From assembly GCF_006345805.1 (NCBI RefSeq), contig NC_043001.1, positions 68,386,001 through 68,450,000 of the forward strand: a stretch of DNA of 64,000 bases. The letters are read 5' to 3'. The DNA is from Octopus sinensis (taxonomy: Eukaryota). The notes under the pieces were generated by a model. It ran no database searches. It was not told the DNA's origin and saw only the letters and a list, made by a program, of their open reading frames with translations. Of the stretch, positions 1 through 15,101 are shown piece after piece (the first letter of the stretch is position 1; each line of letters begins with the position of its first letter). A program made the position numbers and the translations under genes.

Positions 1-699
1 ACTCTCTCCACACACACAAAAGTACCCACACATATATTAATAGTCGTTTGTTTTCAGAACGTATGTCCTTAATTGAATGGCTCACGAAGGTGTCTTGAAA
101 CTAAGAGGCTCTCACACACACCTACACCAGAGAATTACGATCATGATTGAAAACTACGTGTTCGCATATATATTGGTATTTATCATGGTTGCATTGCATT
201 AACTATTGTCTCCTATTACGTAAAATGGCAGTTACTATGAAAAATAATTCTATCCACCATAATGTATTGGTAAAAAAAACAAACAAACAGAAACAAACTA
301 TTTTTATGTTGCTTCCTTTAAAATAGGTATCTTATATGTTTGAAATAATTTCCTTTCCTGGGTATAATTCTTCTGTCAGATCGAAGGAAAGAGAAAATAA
401 ATCTGCAAACTGCCTGGTTTTGCATCTTGCTTTTTTATATGTCTTTTGTATTCGTTTCTTTATTCTTTAGCATAAAAACTAATTTTTATAAGCCACAAAT
501 TTTACTATATCAGAGAAACCGTTGTTTTAATACCCTTGTTATAAAATAAATGTTTTGATGCTATGGGACTGTACTTATTTTTAGAAGGTCAAGGTTTACA
601 GTTGAATAATTACTTCAAAGGTAGAATAAAGCAATGAATACAACTAAAATTATGATCTCATACCTAGACTAGAACAGAACAAAACTTCTTTAGATTATT

Positions 700-862
700 G
701 GTTTAAAATTTTGGCACGAAGCCAGCAAGTTCCAAGGGTGGGGCTAGGTCGATTATATCAACAACAGCGTTCAACTATTATTTGCTTTATCGATCCCAAA
801 AGGATGAAAAGCTAAGTCGACCTCGGCGGAATTTGAACTCAGAACGTAAAGACGGACAAAAT
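700..862 (-). mobile_element. SINE family A copy (tRNA-like head, conserved GCCTTTCATCCTTTCGGGGTCGATAAA core), 5'-truncated
   Basis: Reverse complement reads ...TTTACGTTCTGAGTTCAAATTCCGCCGAGGTCGACTTAGCTTTTCATCC..., with a B-box-like GTTCAAATTCC. The same sequence recurs about 16 times in the window. From memory the core resembles the MetaSINE domain (not verified). Confidence 0.8.
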
Positions 863-874
863 TAATCTTTTGAG

Positions 875-1115
875 TAGTGTTTCCTAACCTTTTCCCAGTG
901 GTTCCCAACCATTTTATTTAAATGAGTTTTCTTACGGACTTCTTTTAATATGCTCGTTCTTATGAATACACACACACACGCACACGCACACACACACGCA
1001 CACACACACACGCACACACTCACAAACACACATATATATATATACGTATATGAAATTTTGTATTTCACCTTTGCGGCCAACCAGGGATCCGCAGACCCCA
1101 GGCTGGGAAGCACTG
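875..1115. mobile_element. hAT (Buster/Charlie-type) MITE
   Basis: TIRs TAGTGTTTCCTAACC (875; a second copy CAGTGGTTCCCAACC at 896) and GGCTGGGAAGCACTG (ends 1115). Flanks CTTTTGAG / CTTTAGAG form a 7/8 match 8-bp TSD. Confidence 0.75.
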
Positions 1116-2101
1116 CTTTAGAGTATTGAAAGAAAAGATACAGAAAGTGCTAAGATTTTATCAGACTTGACGAAAGAAGACAATGTTTGTTGGAAAAAAT
1201 CCTGAAGGTAAGACTGAGTATTAAACAATCAAATATTAGTTAAAGAAAAGGAAAGAAACAATAATAATTTCAAAGAGATAATATAAATAAGCTAAAATAA
1301 GCTGTAAATTTAAATGCGATATCCAACACCGAATTAAGAAGTTAATTAAGGAGAATCAAACCAAAATTTATTAAAATGTTAAATATTAAGGAATTTAAAA
1401 AATACCATTCTGATGCTACAAATAGTTTTGTTTCAATGGAAACAAATAACAATATTTTGTGAACGAAGCTATTGTTTAATTCCTTGGTTGATCTGAACAA
1501 TGACACACTAGTCTTAACCATTTCCAATTTTTATTTGGAATTTTAATTCCAGGACTCCCATTTACATCCAATGGGAGACAGTAGGCAATGGAGCCTGTTA
1601 TATATAAGATAGTACAGTGTGGTCTTGTGTCGTGGACCAAGATATATACCTGCATCCGATGGTGAGACTCCAGTCCGGAATTTCAAGAATTTTGAAGAAT
1701 ATTGAAATTACCCTTAGTTACTCCTACTTCTAAGTTCTTTCTGCCCCATAGCGGTAATACCTATCGAAGTGACAGAGTATGGGTGACATAGCAATAGAGA
1801 ATGGAGACTGTCGCTAAGTCTTAGATGACTCGGAAGAGCACTGGCCTCTGGACCTCTCACCTACTAACCCACTAACCCACCGGTAGTTGGACATGCCCTG
1901 ATGTTACGTGAAGTAACCTTTTCCTCTACATAAAGGTTAAATAGGCCCAGTGTCTAAAGAGAACATGAGAACAAGAGTATACTGTAAATGTACTGCCAGA
2001 AGGCAACTGTTGCTGTGTCTTTTCCAAGAAAAGTAACTTATCTTCGGATTTTAGCATAGAAATCTATGACCACCGTCGCCTGTAGGCATAGATCTTGAAG
2101 A

Positions 2102-2376
2102 CAGAGAGAGAGAGAGCGGGGAAGAGAGAGAGAAAGAGAGAGTGAGAGAGAGAAAGGGAGAGGGAGAGAAAGAAAGATCGCGGGAAAGAGGGAGAGAAAG
2201 AGAGAAAAGGAGGGAAAAGAGAGGAAAAAGAGAGGAATTACAGAGAGGGGAGAGAGAAGGAATGTATGATCTACGAGAGACTATACAGTTATTTTAACGC
2301 CAAGAGACGGAGTAGAATCACTCACTCTTAACTACCTGCCAGCCTGCTTTCCAACCTGCCTGCCCGCCAGCTAGCC

Positions 2377-2444
<68 letters not shown>

Positions 2445-2445
2445 C
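2102..2445. repeat. (GA)-rich purine tract followed by (CTGT)n/(CT)n microsatellite
   Basis: Directly visible simple repeats. Confidence 0.9.
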
Positions 2446-2495
2446 CCTTCTTTCTCAATGTGTCTCTCTTACTCCCTCGCTATTTGGCTCTAAAG

Positions 2496-4395
2496 CAATG
2501 GTTCCTAACCGATTTTTGGCCATGCCCCACCGAATCATTTCTAAAATCCTGATGCCCCTTGTGATATTTAATTTTTGTTATTTAAAATTATACTACTATT
2601 CACTCGGAGGAAGTTTAAAAGGCTCTCTAAACAAGCTCACAAAGAACATGGCATTAATGAAAGAGAAAAATACAAAAATACAGTTAAATAAATAAAGTTT
2701 CAAGAACATTGTTGTGGAGGACACCTCCGAGCCAGAGAAGTAGGCTGTTCCACTACAAGTAAATAGTTGACAGTCGGTGAGGCACGACGTTGGGCCATTC
2801 GTGTAGACGAGGAAGTACGTCATCATAATACCACACAAAACAGTGTTGAGCAAGACACATCAAATATATAATAGAGAACTGAAATGCTGAAATATAAAAT
2901 ATTTGAATATGAAATAAGTAAACTAAAGTTACTGAGATCCTTGTGCTTCATAACTACTACAGAGAGATTTTATATTAGGCGCTATTTTAGTCAGCTCTAG
3001 TCTCAAGTCTCCTCGTGTTGTGATATCCAGTCGATATTTTTTCTTGAACAACAATTCATTTACAGTATTAAAGTCATATTCAGCTAAATTTGAAGATGGG
3101 AACGGTAACTACAATTTTCTTGCAAAGTTGGCTGAATTTGGGTATTTGGTTTCTGCCTCATCACTAAGCCATGGTATTACTCCTTTTATATTGAATAAAG
3201 TTTTAATCGGCTCATCATTTTGCATTTCCGAGAGTTCCTCTTGGCACTGTATCGAAATATCAGATATATCCATTAGCTGCATAACCAGTGTTAAAAAATC
3301 AATTTGTTTTAAATCAAGCAGAAAATTTTTCTTTCAAATCAGAGGCCAATATTTTCAGATGATCCGCGATGACAAGTACAGCAGCACCGGTCACCTCACA
3401 TATTTTTAGCCAATGAAACTGGTAAAAGATTTTGTCAGAAATATATTTTTGACAAACCACAATGAATGTAACAAAGCCAAATATCTTCGTCTTTGCATCA
3501 ATAAGAGTTTTATTTGATCCTTGAAGTTGTTTATTTAACATATTCAGTTTTTCAAAGATATCTGTTAAATAACTCACAAATGCTTTACCATCAACGGTTA
3601 GTAGGTGCTTCATTTCAGGCTTGTCACTTAAAAAGTCATTAAGAACATCAAATAGTTCCATAAATCTTTTCAAGCAATTCCCATTTGAGAGCCACCTTAC
3701 CTCAGTGTCAAATAAAACTCTCACATAGTCTGCATTTTCACATAACTGCTTGAAAAGACGTTCACATTTGGCATTAGCACTGATAGCATTGATACATTTT
3801 ATAGCTGATTTTAGTACCTCATTGAGAACAGGAGACATATGAATAACACAGCGCACAGGAAGCATTTCTGGGTTCTCATCTTTCATCAATTTTACGCAGA
3901 CATTTTTCTTGCCCACCATAACAGGAGCATCATCTGCAGCACAAGATGTTATGTTCCCTATTGGTATATTGTTGACATCCAAGTAATTTTTTAGCTTATC
4001 TTATATATATATATATATTTGGAGCATTAGTGGTGGATTCTAATGATTTGGAGAGTATCATTTCTTCAGTAAATTTACCTTTATCAATATATCTTGAATA
4101 GGTTAGCAATACGATAGAGTTGATTCATCCATTTGTAATGAGAATTTTCTTGATTTCAGGTTTTTAACAAGTTGTCTTTCAACATCTTCACTCATTTCAT
4201 CTATTCTTCTACAAACAGCATTATTACTGAGTGTCATGGCTTGAAAAACTTTGTCATATTTTTCCAGGACTGTTTTAAAAAATGCTGATATTGATAGTTT
4301 AATTAAATGCTCTCCAATAGTATGGTTTTTTCAACATTTAGCAATGAGTAATGAAATTTCATAACTAGCATCAAGAGTACGACGGGCGTTAACCA
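2496..4395 (-). mobile_element. hAT transposon, Buster/Charlie (ZBED5/SCAND3-like) transposase pseudogene, one TIR retained
   Basis: TIR CAATGGTTCCTAACC at 2496 preceded by CTCTAAAG (nnnTAnnn target). Minus-strand translation includes ASYEISLLIAKC.KNHTIGE, FSLQMDEST, SCAADDAPVMVG, RCVIH and TEVRWLS, all hAT DDE hallmarks. Contains stops and frameshifts; the 5' end is missing. Confidence 0.9.
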
Positions 4396-4399
4396 GTTT

Positions 4400-6950
<2,551 letters not shown>

Positions 6951-7093
6951 ATAAACAATGAAGCCAACAAGCCTTATGCAAAGGTAATGGCTTTGACAAA
7001 CGTTTTGGAATAAAATAACATTCGGAGACAAAAGAGCAAAAAAATGGCGTTCATTCCGTTTGTACGAACAACATCAACAATAACAACAATAAT

Positions 7094-7709
7094 GGTTTCA
7101 AATTTTGGTACAAGGCCAGTAATTTTAGAAGAGGGTGTGAGTTGATGACAGCGACACCAGTGCTCAGCTAGTACTTATTTTACCGACGCCGAAAGGAGGA
7201 CATGCAATGTCAACCGCGGCAGAATTTGAACTCAGAGCGAGAAGATGGACGAAATGCCGCTAAAAATTTTGTCCGGTGCACTACCGATCCTGCCAGCTCG
7301 CATTCTTCTTCTTCTTCTTCTTCTTCTTCTTCTTCTTCTCAATAATAATAATAATAACAACAACAATAACAATGATAATTCTTTTCTACTATAGGCACAA
7401 GGCCTAAAATTTTTGGGGAAGGAGCAAGTCGATTACATCGACCAGTACTCAACTGGTACATAACTTCTTGACCCAGGAAGGATGAAAGGCTAAGTCGACA
7501 ATCCTTTCTGTTATAGGCACAAGGCCCGAACCTTTGGAGGAGGGAACAAGTCGATTACATCGACCCCAGAATTTCACTGGTACTTAATTTAACCACCCCG
7601 AAAGGATGAAAGACAAAGTCAACCTCGGCGGAAATTGAACTCAGAACGTAGTGACGGGTGAAATACCGCTAAGCATTTCGTCCAGCCTGCTAACGATTCT
7701 GCCAGATCA
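7094..7709 (-). mobile_element. Three adjacent SINE family A copies (7094-7301, 7378-7499, 7501-7709)
   Basis: Each has the GGCACAAGGCC tail and the GTCGATTACATCGAC and GAAAGGATGAAAGGCAAAGTCGACC cores. The first two are separated by (TTC)n/(AAT)n; the third abuts the second. Confidence 0.85.
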
Positions 7710-7895
7710 CTGCTTTAATAATAATAATAATACTAATGATGATAATATTTTAGGAGTTTTTGTCTTAACAGCGCTTTCATGATTACAATATAACAACATA
7801 TACGTGTATGTATCAACATGTGCAGAGTGAAAAACTATATTATATAAAACTATCATACCGTTACACACACACACACACACACACACAAAAGCCCA

Positions 7896-7945
<50 letters not shown>

Positions 7946-8199
7946 CATACAAAAACACACATACACACACACACACAACACGCACAGATATAAACATTGG
8001 CAATTTGGAATCTGATCGGTATTAAAGAAGGTCCAATATTAGGATGTGTATGAGAAATGCATGCTAGGATTTTCTTGTTTTACTGTTGCTTTTATTGTGG
8101 ACTTTTGAATTATATTCCTACATTTCGTATTAAGTAATTGACAGCGTGAAATATGAGACTAGATATAAACATTGAAAACAATGCTTATTAAATGGATGT

Positions 8200-9230
8200 A
8201 AATCATTATTACTTAACACTTGCTTACCACGTGACGGCAGTACATTTTCAGTATCGTCTGTGTTACGCATTCTTGGATTTGTTTCATTATTTGCATTCCT
8301 TTACAAAAGCTCATCCGTACTTGACGTCTGACTGCGATGGATCCATTATCAACATTACGCCTGCTACTAAGACCAAACGCGGGTTTCCTTTCTATAAGAG
8401 AAGTTATACTATATGTGAAGATACACAAGGGTGTAATTTGAAGACATGTATGTTACCAGATTTGTATTTATGTGACTGTGTTAGATGTTATTAATTTTGG
8501 GTATTACTATAATTGTTTTGTTAGGAAATGAATCGGAAGTTTGATTCTTCTATTAAATAGATAAATGACTTTTTGTACTTTATATATCTTGAGGAATTTG
8601 AAGCCAATAGTTCTATATTTCTCTATCACAATGGCGGCTTTCCAGCGTTCGTTGTATTCTAGAACCTACACAATGTTCCATAGCCTGTTATGTGTTGCGA
8701 TCTTTTTTTATGAAAACTTTATTGGTTTTATCCATGTTATTTATCTTATTGCCATACACCTCCTCCGGAGACTGTTATTTCATTTAATGTTGGTGCTTGC
8801 ATAATTTAGATTTTGCCTTTATCCAATTCCTGGAAGTATAAAGAATAAAGAACTGTAAACGAATTGTTTGTTCATAAATGCGTAACAACCTTTATTATGT
8901 CTTTTTGTTTTATATATTTTTACTAGAATCTTTAGCTTTCGGCGCTATTTTCCTTCAAACATTTCTTTGTATATCATCTTTATCTCTGTATCATTAATCT
9001 CTTGCCAATTTCTTTTTCTTTATTTCTGTAGTTTCCACCTTAATTCCAATAATATTTAGCAGTTCTGTTATTTATTTACCTTTTGAACTATTTATTCACC
9101 TAGGTTTTTGGTTTCAGAAGTTTACCTACAAAGTTTTAGATCTTTGACTTTGAGAATGTTTAGTACCTTATATTCATTATGACGGTAGCTGTGTAGGGTA
9201 ATTCTATTGAAGTCGACGCTCAAATTTGCT
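8200..9230 (-). mobile_element. Highly decayed R4/Dong-like non-LTR fragment (pre-RT region and RT start)
   Basis: Minus-strand translation LYFQELDKGKI*IMQAPTLNEITVSGGGVWQ*DK*H resembles the pre-RT ...EFW.GIW motif also seen at about 12200 (TEEARMFWSNIWDKP). KTIIVIPK occurs near 8500. Many stops. Confidence 0.5.
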
Positions 9231-10198
9231 TAGAGGATGCTTTTGTTGACTTAACTGCAGTTTATTGTTTTGTTGACTTAACTGCAGTTTATTGTTTTCA
9301 GCATGGTTTTATCTTTGGAAGGTTCTTACTACCACAAATTATTTGAAGTTAGATGCAGAGGCGGTAATAAGTTTCACTGAGGAAGCCTTAATAACAAAGA
9401 AATATGTCGAGAATAAATTAAATATTAATCATTGCACACACACACATACACACACACACACACACACGCACGCACACACACACACACACACACACATACA
9501 CGCACACACACACAAACACACAATAATTATTGACAATGAACATTTTTTTACTGCCTAATTCTTTCTGGATAGCAATGGCAGTTTGAAACCAGCACATAAA
9601 CTCTTGGAAGAAATGCCACCAAAAATTTCGTCCGACTTGCAAATGATTCTACCAACTTGCCTTATGAAGATTAACGTAACTCTTCAGGAAGGTAAATACA
9701 CAAGAAGAAAAGTGCGATGTGATAAAACATAGATTGACGTTATTTATTGAACAGAACAATGTTTTGACAGTTTCAAAGTAAGACAAAGTAAGACAAGAAT
9801 AAGGAAAATGAAAAATACTGAGATTCAAAATTTTAACAGAAATATCCCGCGTTCGCTCATGGTCAAAATGACGTCATCAAGTTTCTAGTTAAAACAAGAA
9901 AAAAGAAGATAAACGAAACAGTTAAGTGAATTTTTACTTAAATGTGATGGAACTCTGTTATATTTTTCATTCTTCTAAGGCGCAATGCGAGTAAACCCAA
10001 TTTATATTAATCTTCGCGTGTTTGTGCACTGAATGTTCATTAGATTCAGAATATTTTCTGACAATGTGTACTTTCAGGTGTACGACAAATTTGCAGTTGT
10101 TTGATGTAAAATGCTCGGCATGTTCCATCTAATTACTGTTTTTGCGTCCCCAAAATTTCGGGCCTTGTGCCTTGAGTAGAAAAGGATATTATTAGTTT

Positions 10199-10404
10199 CA
10201 AGCTGACAAAATCTTTAGCACGTCAGACAAAATTCTTAGCGGTATTTCGTCCATCTTCATGGGTTCAAATTCCACTGAAGTCCACTTTACCTTTCATCCT
10301 TTCGGGGGGTCGATAAAATAAGTACCAGCTAAACACTGGGCGGTCGATTTAATCCACTTATCCCCATCCCCGAAATTGCTGGACTTGTTCCAAAATTTGA
10401 AACC
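10199..10404 (+). mobile_element. SINE family A copy
   Basis: CTTAGCGGTATTTCGTCC, GGTTCAAATTCC, CCTTTCATCCTTTCGGGGGGTCGATAAAATAAGTACCAG, tail CCAAAATTTGAAACC. Confidence 0.85.
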
Positions 10405-10415
10405 TATATTCTTAT

Positions 10416-10562
<147 letters not shown>

Positions 10563-12990
10563 TCATTTACACACAACAGATTAGACGGTTGCAAAAGTTT
10601 CCTAACATCGGGCCACAACAAGTAGCCTTAGATGTTAAGAACCTTCTCAGCAGTCCTTAATAATACTGTTTTCTGAAGTTGCTCTAAAATAGAATTTTAT
10701 GCACTTTTACTTCTATCCATCTGTGCAAGTCTTTAGGGATAGTTTCCAATGCAGTTATAACTACAGAGATACATTTACCCGAATTTTCCATGACATCTGT
10801 AACTCAATGGCTGGGTCCTTGTACTTTGCTATTTTCTCTATACATCTCATATTGACTTTCTCATCGTTTGGGATTGTAAAGTTACTTATCTGACGCTTTC
10901 TAGTCTTTTTGTCTACTACTGCTAAATCAGGCCTTCTAGCGTCTATTGCTCTGTCAATCTGAATATTACAATCTCTCAACATCTTATATTTCTTGCTTTC
11001 TAGCACTTTGATTTACATAACTTACATTATTTGTGTCTAGCTGGGCTTTTATCTAGCTATTTTTCAATATCTAACAAACATTCTGCCTCTCTTTTCAGCC
11101 TCCCTTTCTGCAACCACAACCATGTTTCACTATTACTATTTTCTGCAACTATCTTTGGAAATCTACCATGCAAAGGAGATAATTCTGTTTTTAACTACAG
11201 TTGGATTTTTGGTTTCTATATCTCCTACTGTTTCACTATAATATCAAGAGAGAAATTTTTCAAGGAGGTTCGTTATTCCCTTTAATATTTGTGTTATGCT
11301 TACCCCCACAGTTTAATATTAAGGAAGACAAGAGCAGGGTACCAGTTCAGAAATTGTAAAGGAAAAATTAACCATTTGCTCTGCATGGTGCAAATTGTTA
11401 ATTTTTCCTTTGCTATCTCTAAATTGATATACTGCCTTTGTCTTTTTTAATACTAAACTGAGTTGGATTAAGAATAACACACGTATTAAAAGGGAATAAC
11501 GAGTCTTCTTGGAAAATTCCTCCTTTGCTATTAAATTTCCCTAAGGCTGAGTAAAAACCCACACGCACTTTCCATTTCTTCATGCTATAGCTTGATTCTG
11601 TTATACTGTCTGTTATACTGAATACTCTCAAACATTCACTTATGCATGAGTGTGGAATCATGTTATAGGCTTTCTAATAATCGGTTCCTGTTATTGTTAA
11701 ATTATTCTTTCAAGATGTCAGTTCTTTTAGGACTGCTTTATCTATGTATAAGAGATCATGCGTTCCTCTTGCATTCTTCCTGCAGTATTTCTGTTCTTCT
11801 GGAAGTAAATTCTGGCTGTCAAGGTGTTCATAAATGCTGAGACCATTCTTTTAACAGCTACCACATAAATGGTATGCAAGTGACTGGTCTATAATTAGTA
11901 GCTATATTGCCCTTGCTTTTGTCTTTCATAAGGAATACTTCTCTGTCTCTTGTCATCCAATTATCTATACTCCTCCATTCAGGAAATCCTGAAGTTGTTC
12001 CACCAGTCTCCCACGTAAACTACTAAATTTCTTCAAATTGTACCCTTGAACTAAATCTGGTCCTGTGCCTTCCTATTTCGCATTCGTCCGAACACTTTAC
12101 ACATTAACCCACTAGTTAGGTTTTGATCTGGCTGATTCCCGCTAACAACTTTTCTCCTCACTTTCTATCTTAAACATGCTGCATCTCCATTATGACTAAA
12201 CTGGCTTATCCCATATATTACTCCAGAACATTCTAGCTTCTTCTGTATTAAGCTTATCATCTTTGGTAGTTTCTTCTACACATTTACATGGTGATAAAAT
12301 TTCCACTGGTATGTCCAAAACAATCTGTTCTATTGATACTAATCTATTCTTTGTGAAAACTGGAAAGCTTGCCTGCTGTTGCTATGATACGCTGTTTTAG
12401 CTCTTTCAGGACTAGACCATCCCAAATCCTTTCTCTTTGCTTAAATATTTTTTCAAAAGAGATTTAGATCTTGTGTTTCCTAACTTGTCCTCGTTTCAGG
12501 CTTCTATTCTACTCAGATCTCGTCTTAAAGTCTTCATTTTATTATTTTATCTCCTTCCAATACATTACTCGAAGAATACCTAATCTGCTAGGCACTACTA
12601 CCCCTCCTGCATAAATCGGCATTTTCCTAATGATAACAGAATCTACTTTCTTAGTAATACCTAGTAACTTCCTTCTATTAACACCTTTTAATTCTGGAAA
12701 TCTTTTTCTTTCTTCTTTACACTGTACTTCCTTCAAATTATCTAAAAACCTTCTGATTTTCCTCAATTAAGACGCTGGAAGCGGTTTTCCCTTTCACATT
12801 GGTAGTTCCATTATTCTTTTCGCTCATGGCAACAACCGTATTATGATTTGTTCTAAGAGAACATCTACATTTATGTGGGATAAATATTACCCTCCAGTAT
12901 TAGTACTGCCTCTGTAGCTAATAAACATTTTCTAACAAGCTCGCTGGCTAATCACGACACCAGTGTTTGTTCTGGTACTGTTCATCTATA
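10563..12990 (-). mobile_element. R4/Dong-clade RLE non-LTR retrotransposon, long degenerate copy
   Basis: RT KGNIATNYRPVTCIP and KAYNMIPH. RLE domain RDCNIQIDRAIDARRPDLAVVDKK...EKIAKYKDPAIE (PD-(D/E)xK type). The 3' end runs into (AAT)n on the element strand. Many stops and frameshifts. Confidence 0.85.
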
Positions 12991-13611
12991 TATCCCTGGC
13001 GGGGAAATGAATCATTGTTTTCTCTAGCGATCGAGCGTCCATCATTGACAAAACAAAGAAAGGTCTAAATCATGTGATCTGGTGGCCTTGGCGTATTTGT
13101 CTCCTTGCTGGCGATATAAAGGTAGATTTTCTTGCATGGTAACTACTGCAGAATAGATTGTTCTAACAGAGTATTCACGTTGAAGTGGGGATAAATTTTG
13201 AAGAGAGGTTAAAAAATAAGACATGTACTTTAGGTCCATAAGGCTTAATGTCTAGAATTGCGACCTTTTACCACATTTGAATACATACATACGTAGTGAT
13301 AAAATCTCGAAATCACTTGGTAAGGCTTTAGCAAATACTTCATTCTGTGAGTTTATCTCGCTAAAGAAAGATGTGGCTTGTTGCTCGCAGTCCAGAAGTT
13401 GCTATGATGTTAGTGACTTTGTGTGGCTGTTCAAGTTAAATTTTAGCTCCCATTTCTAGCAATATCAGGTGCTATTTTGCCCCCTCATTTATTAATTTCA
13501 CTTTTTTGGTTTTATTGCCACGGCCACCTATATTATAATGTATTTCATATATCTTAATATATTAATATCATATATATATTTTACCTTATATATATATATC
13601 ACAGTATACTT

Positions 13612-15098
13612 CATACCAGTATACCTCATAATAATCGACTAGAGGCAATCCAGGTCTGGCTGGACCAATTTCTAGAAGAAATACCAAAACCGATCAGTAA
13701 AGAATTCATTACTAAATCGGTTGAATTCATCCTACAAAATAACAACTTCATGTTTGACAATACGTTTTACCGTCAAAAATCCGGAATTGCTATGGGTACT
13801 AGGGCAGCACCAGTCATTGCGAACCTAGCAATGGGCTACCTGGAGGTAATAATATACCAGGAATCTTTATCGACCTTTGGAAACCCCCTTTCCCTATGCA
13901 TAAAAGAGAATTGGAAAAGATTCCTAGACGACTGTCTTATACTCTGGAATGAAAACAGATAAACTCCTAAAATTCAAAAACCTATTGAGCAGCGTCAACC
14001 CAAACATACAGTTCACAATGGAGTACAACCAAAAGGAGCTTCCATTCTTAGATGAACTAATTAAAAAAATTAACCTAAAAATAGAAACAGACATATTTTA
14101 CAAAACCACAGACGCCAAACAAAACCTACTTTTTGATTCATGCCACCCAAGACACACTCAAACAAACATCCCCTTCAACCGTGCAAGAAGGATATGCACA
14201 ATAGTGTCAGAATAAAATACCAGAAACTTTAGACTACAAGAACTCAAAAACACCCTAATTGACAGACACTACCCAGTTCAACTCATAGCGGATGGAATCA
14301 GACGTGCAACAGAAATCGACATAGGAACCTTGAAATACTGCCGTACGTATCCACACACAACCCCAGAAACAAAGAAGCTTTCGCCATCATCTCCCAGAAT
14401 TTACCAATGCTTCATAAAGACCCCAAATTAAAGGAAATTATAAACATACATAAAATTATTAAAAGCTACAAACAATCTAAATCACTGAAAAAGATCCTCA
14501 CAAAGGCAAATTTGTTTTCTGAAATAACGGATGCAAAAGTAAAAAAAAATGTAGTAGACCAAACTGCGTAACATGCCCAAGCCTTCTAGAAGGATCAGAA
14601 TTCCTCTTCAAAGAGGGACAAAGATTCAAGATCAAATCTAATTTTACTTGTGCTTCAGAAAACCTAATTTATGCCATAAGATGCACGGGCTGCCACCAAA
14701 ACTACATAGGGTCTACGGGATTATCGCTCAGATTGCATTCCCAGAATACAGAATGATACTCTTTAGTGAACATATTGAGAAATGCGCAAAGCAACTACTA
14801 CCACAGTTTATAATCTTTCCATTATATCAATGTGCTATTGGAACACCAACACAAGTTAGATTAAACAAGGAAACATTCTTCATTGAAAAATATAAGCCAA
14901 AACTTAACCATTTCTAACATTTATAAACAAGGAAATTCATTTCATTGAAAAAATATAAAGCGATTATCTCCCTTGTACCGGAAGAAATCCCTGATTACCT
15001 TCCCCTGCCTGGTGAAGACATGACACGACGTAGGTAAAGAAATATGAGAAATTTAAAAAGAAATTACGAAACCGGTTATTTCTCCCAAAACTATGTTA
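13612..15098 (+). mobile_element. Penelope-like element (RT + GIY-YIG endonuclease), 5'-truncated pseudogene with 3' tail
   Basis: FYRQKSGIAMGTRAAPVIANLAMGYLE, WKRFLDDCLILW, ELPFLD..I, YKTTDAKQNLLFDSCHP, then FTCASENLIYAIRCTGCHQNYIGST (GIY-YIG), ending FIEKYKPKLNHF* at 14917. Frameshifted. Confidence 0.92.
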
Positions 15099-15101
15099 CT
15101 A

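Noticed and set aside
1340-2090. Possible decayed RTE 5'UTR/APE on the minus strand
   Set aside because: Only vague peptide resemblance, with no diagnostic motif readable.
9241-9363. 27-bp direct duplication ending in a good 3' splice site (CTTAAC...TTTTCAG) with a possible 62-bp exon
   Set aside because: No open frame joins in phase with the 9573 candidate, and the donor is weak.
13040-13470. Non-repetitive stretch with protein-like minus-strand peptides
   Set aside because: Stop-free runs are short and no motif was recognised, so it could not be assigned.
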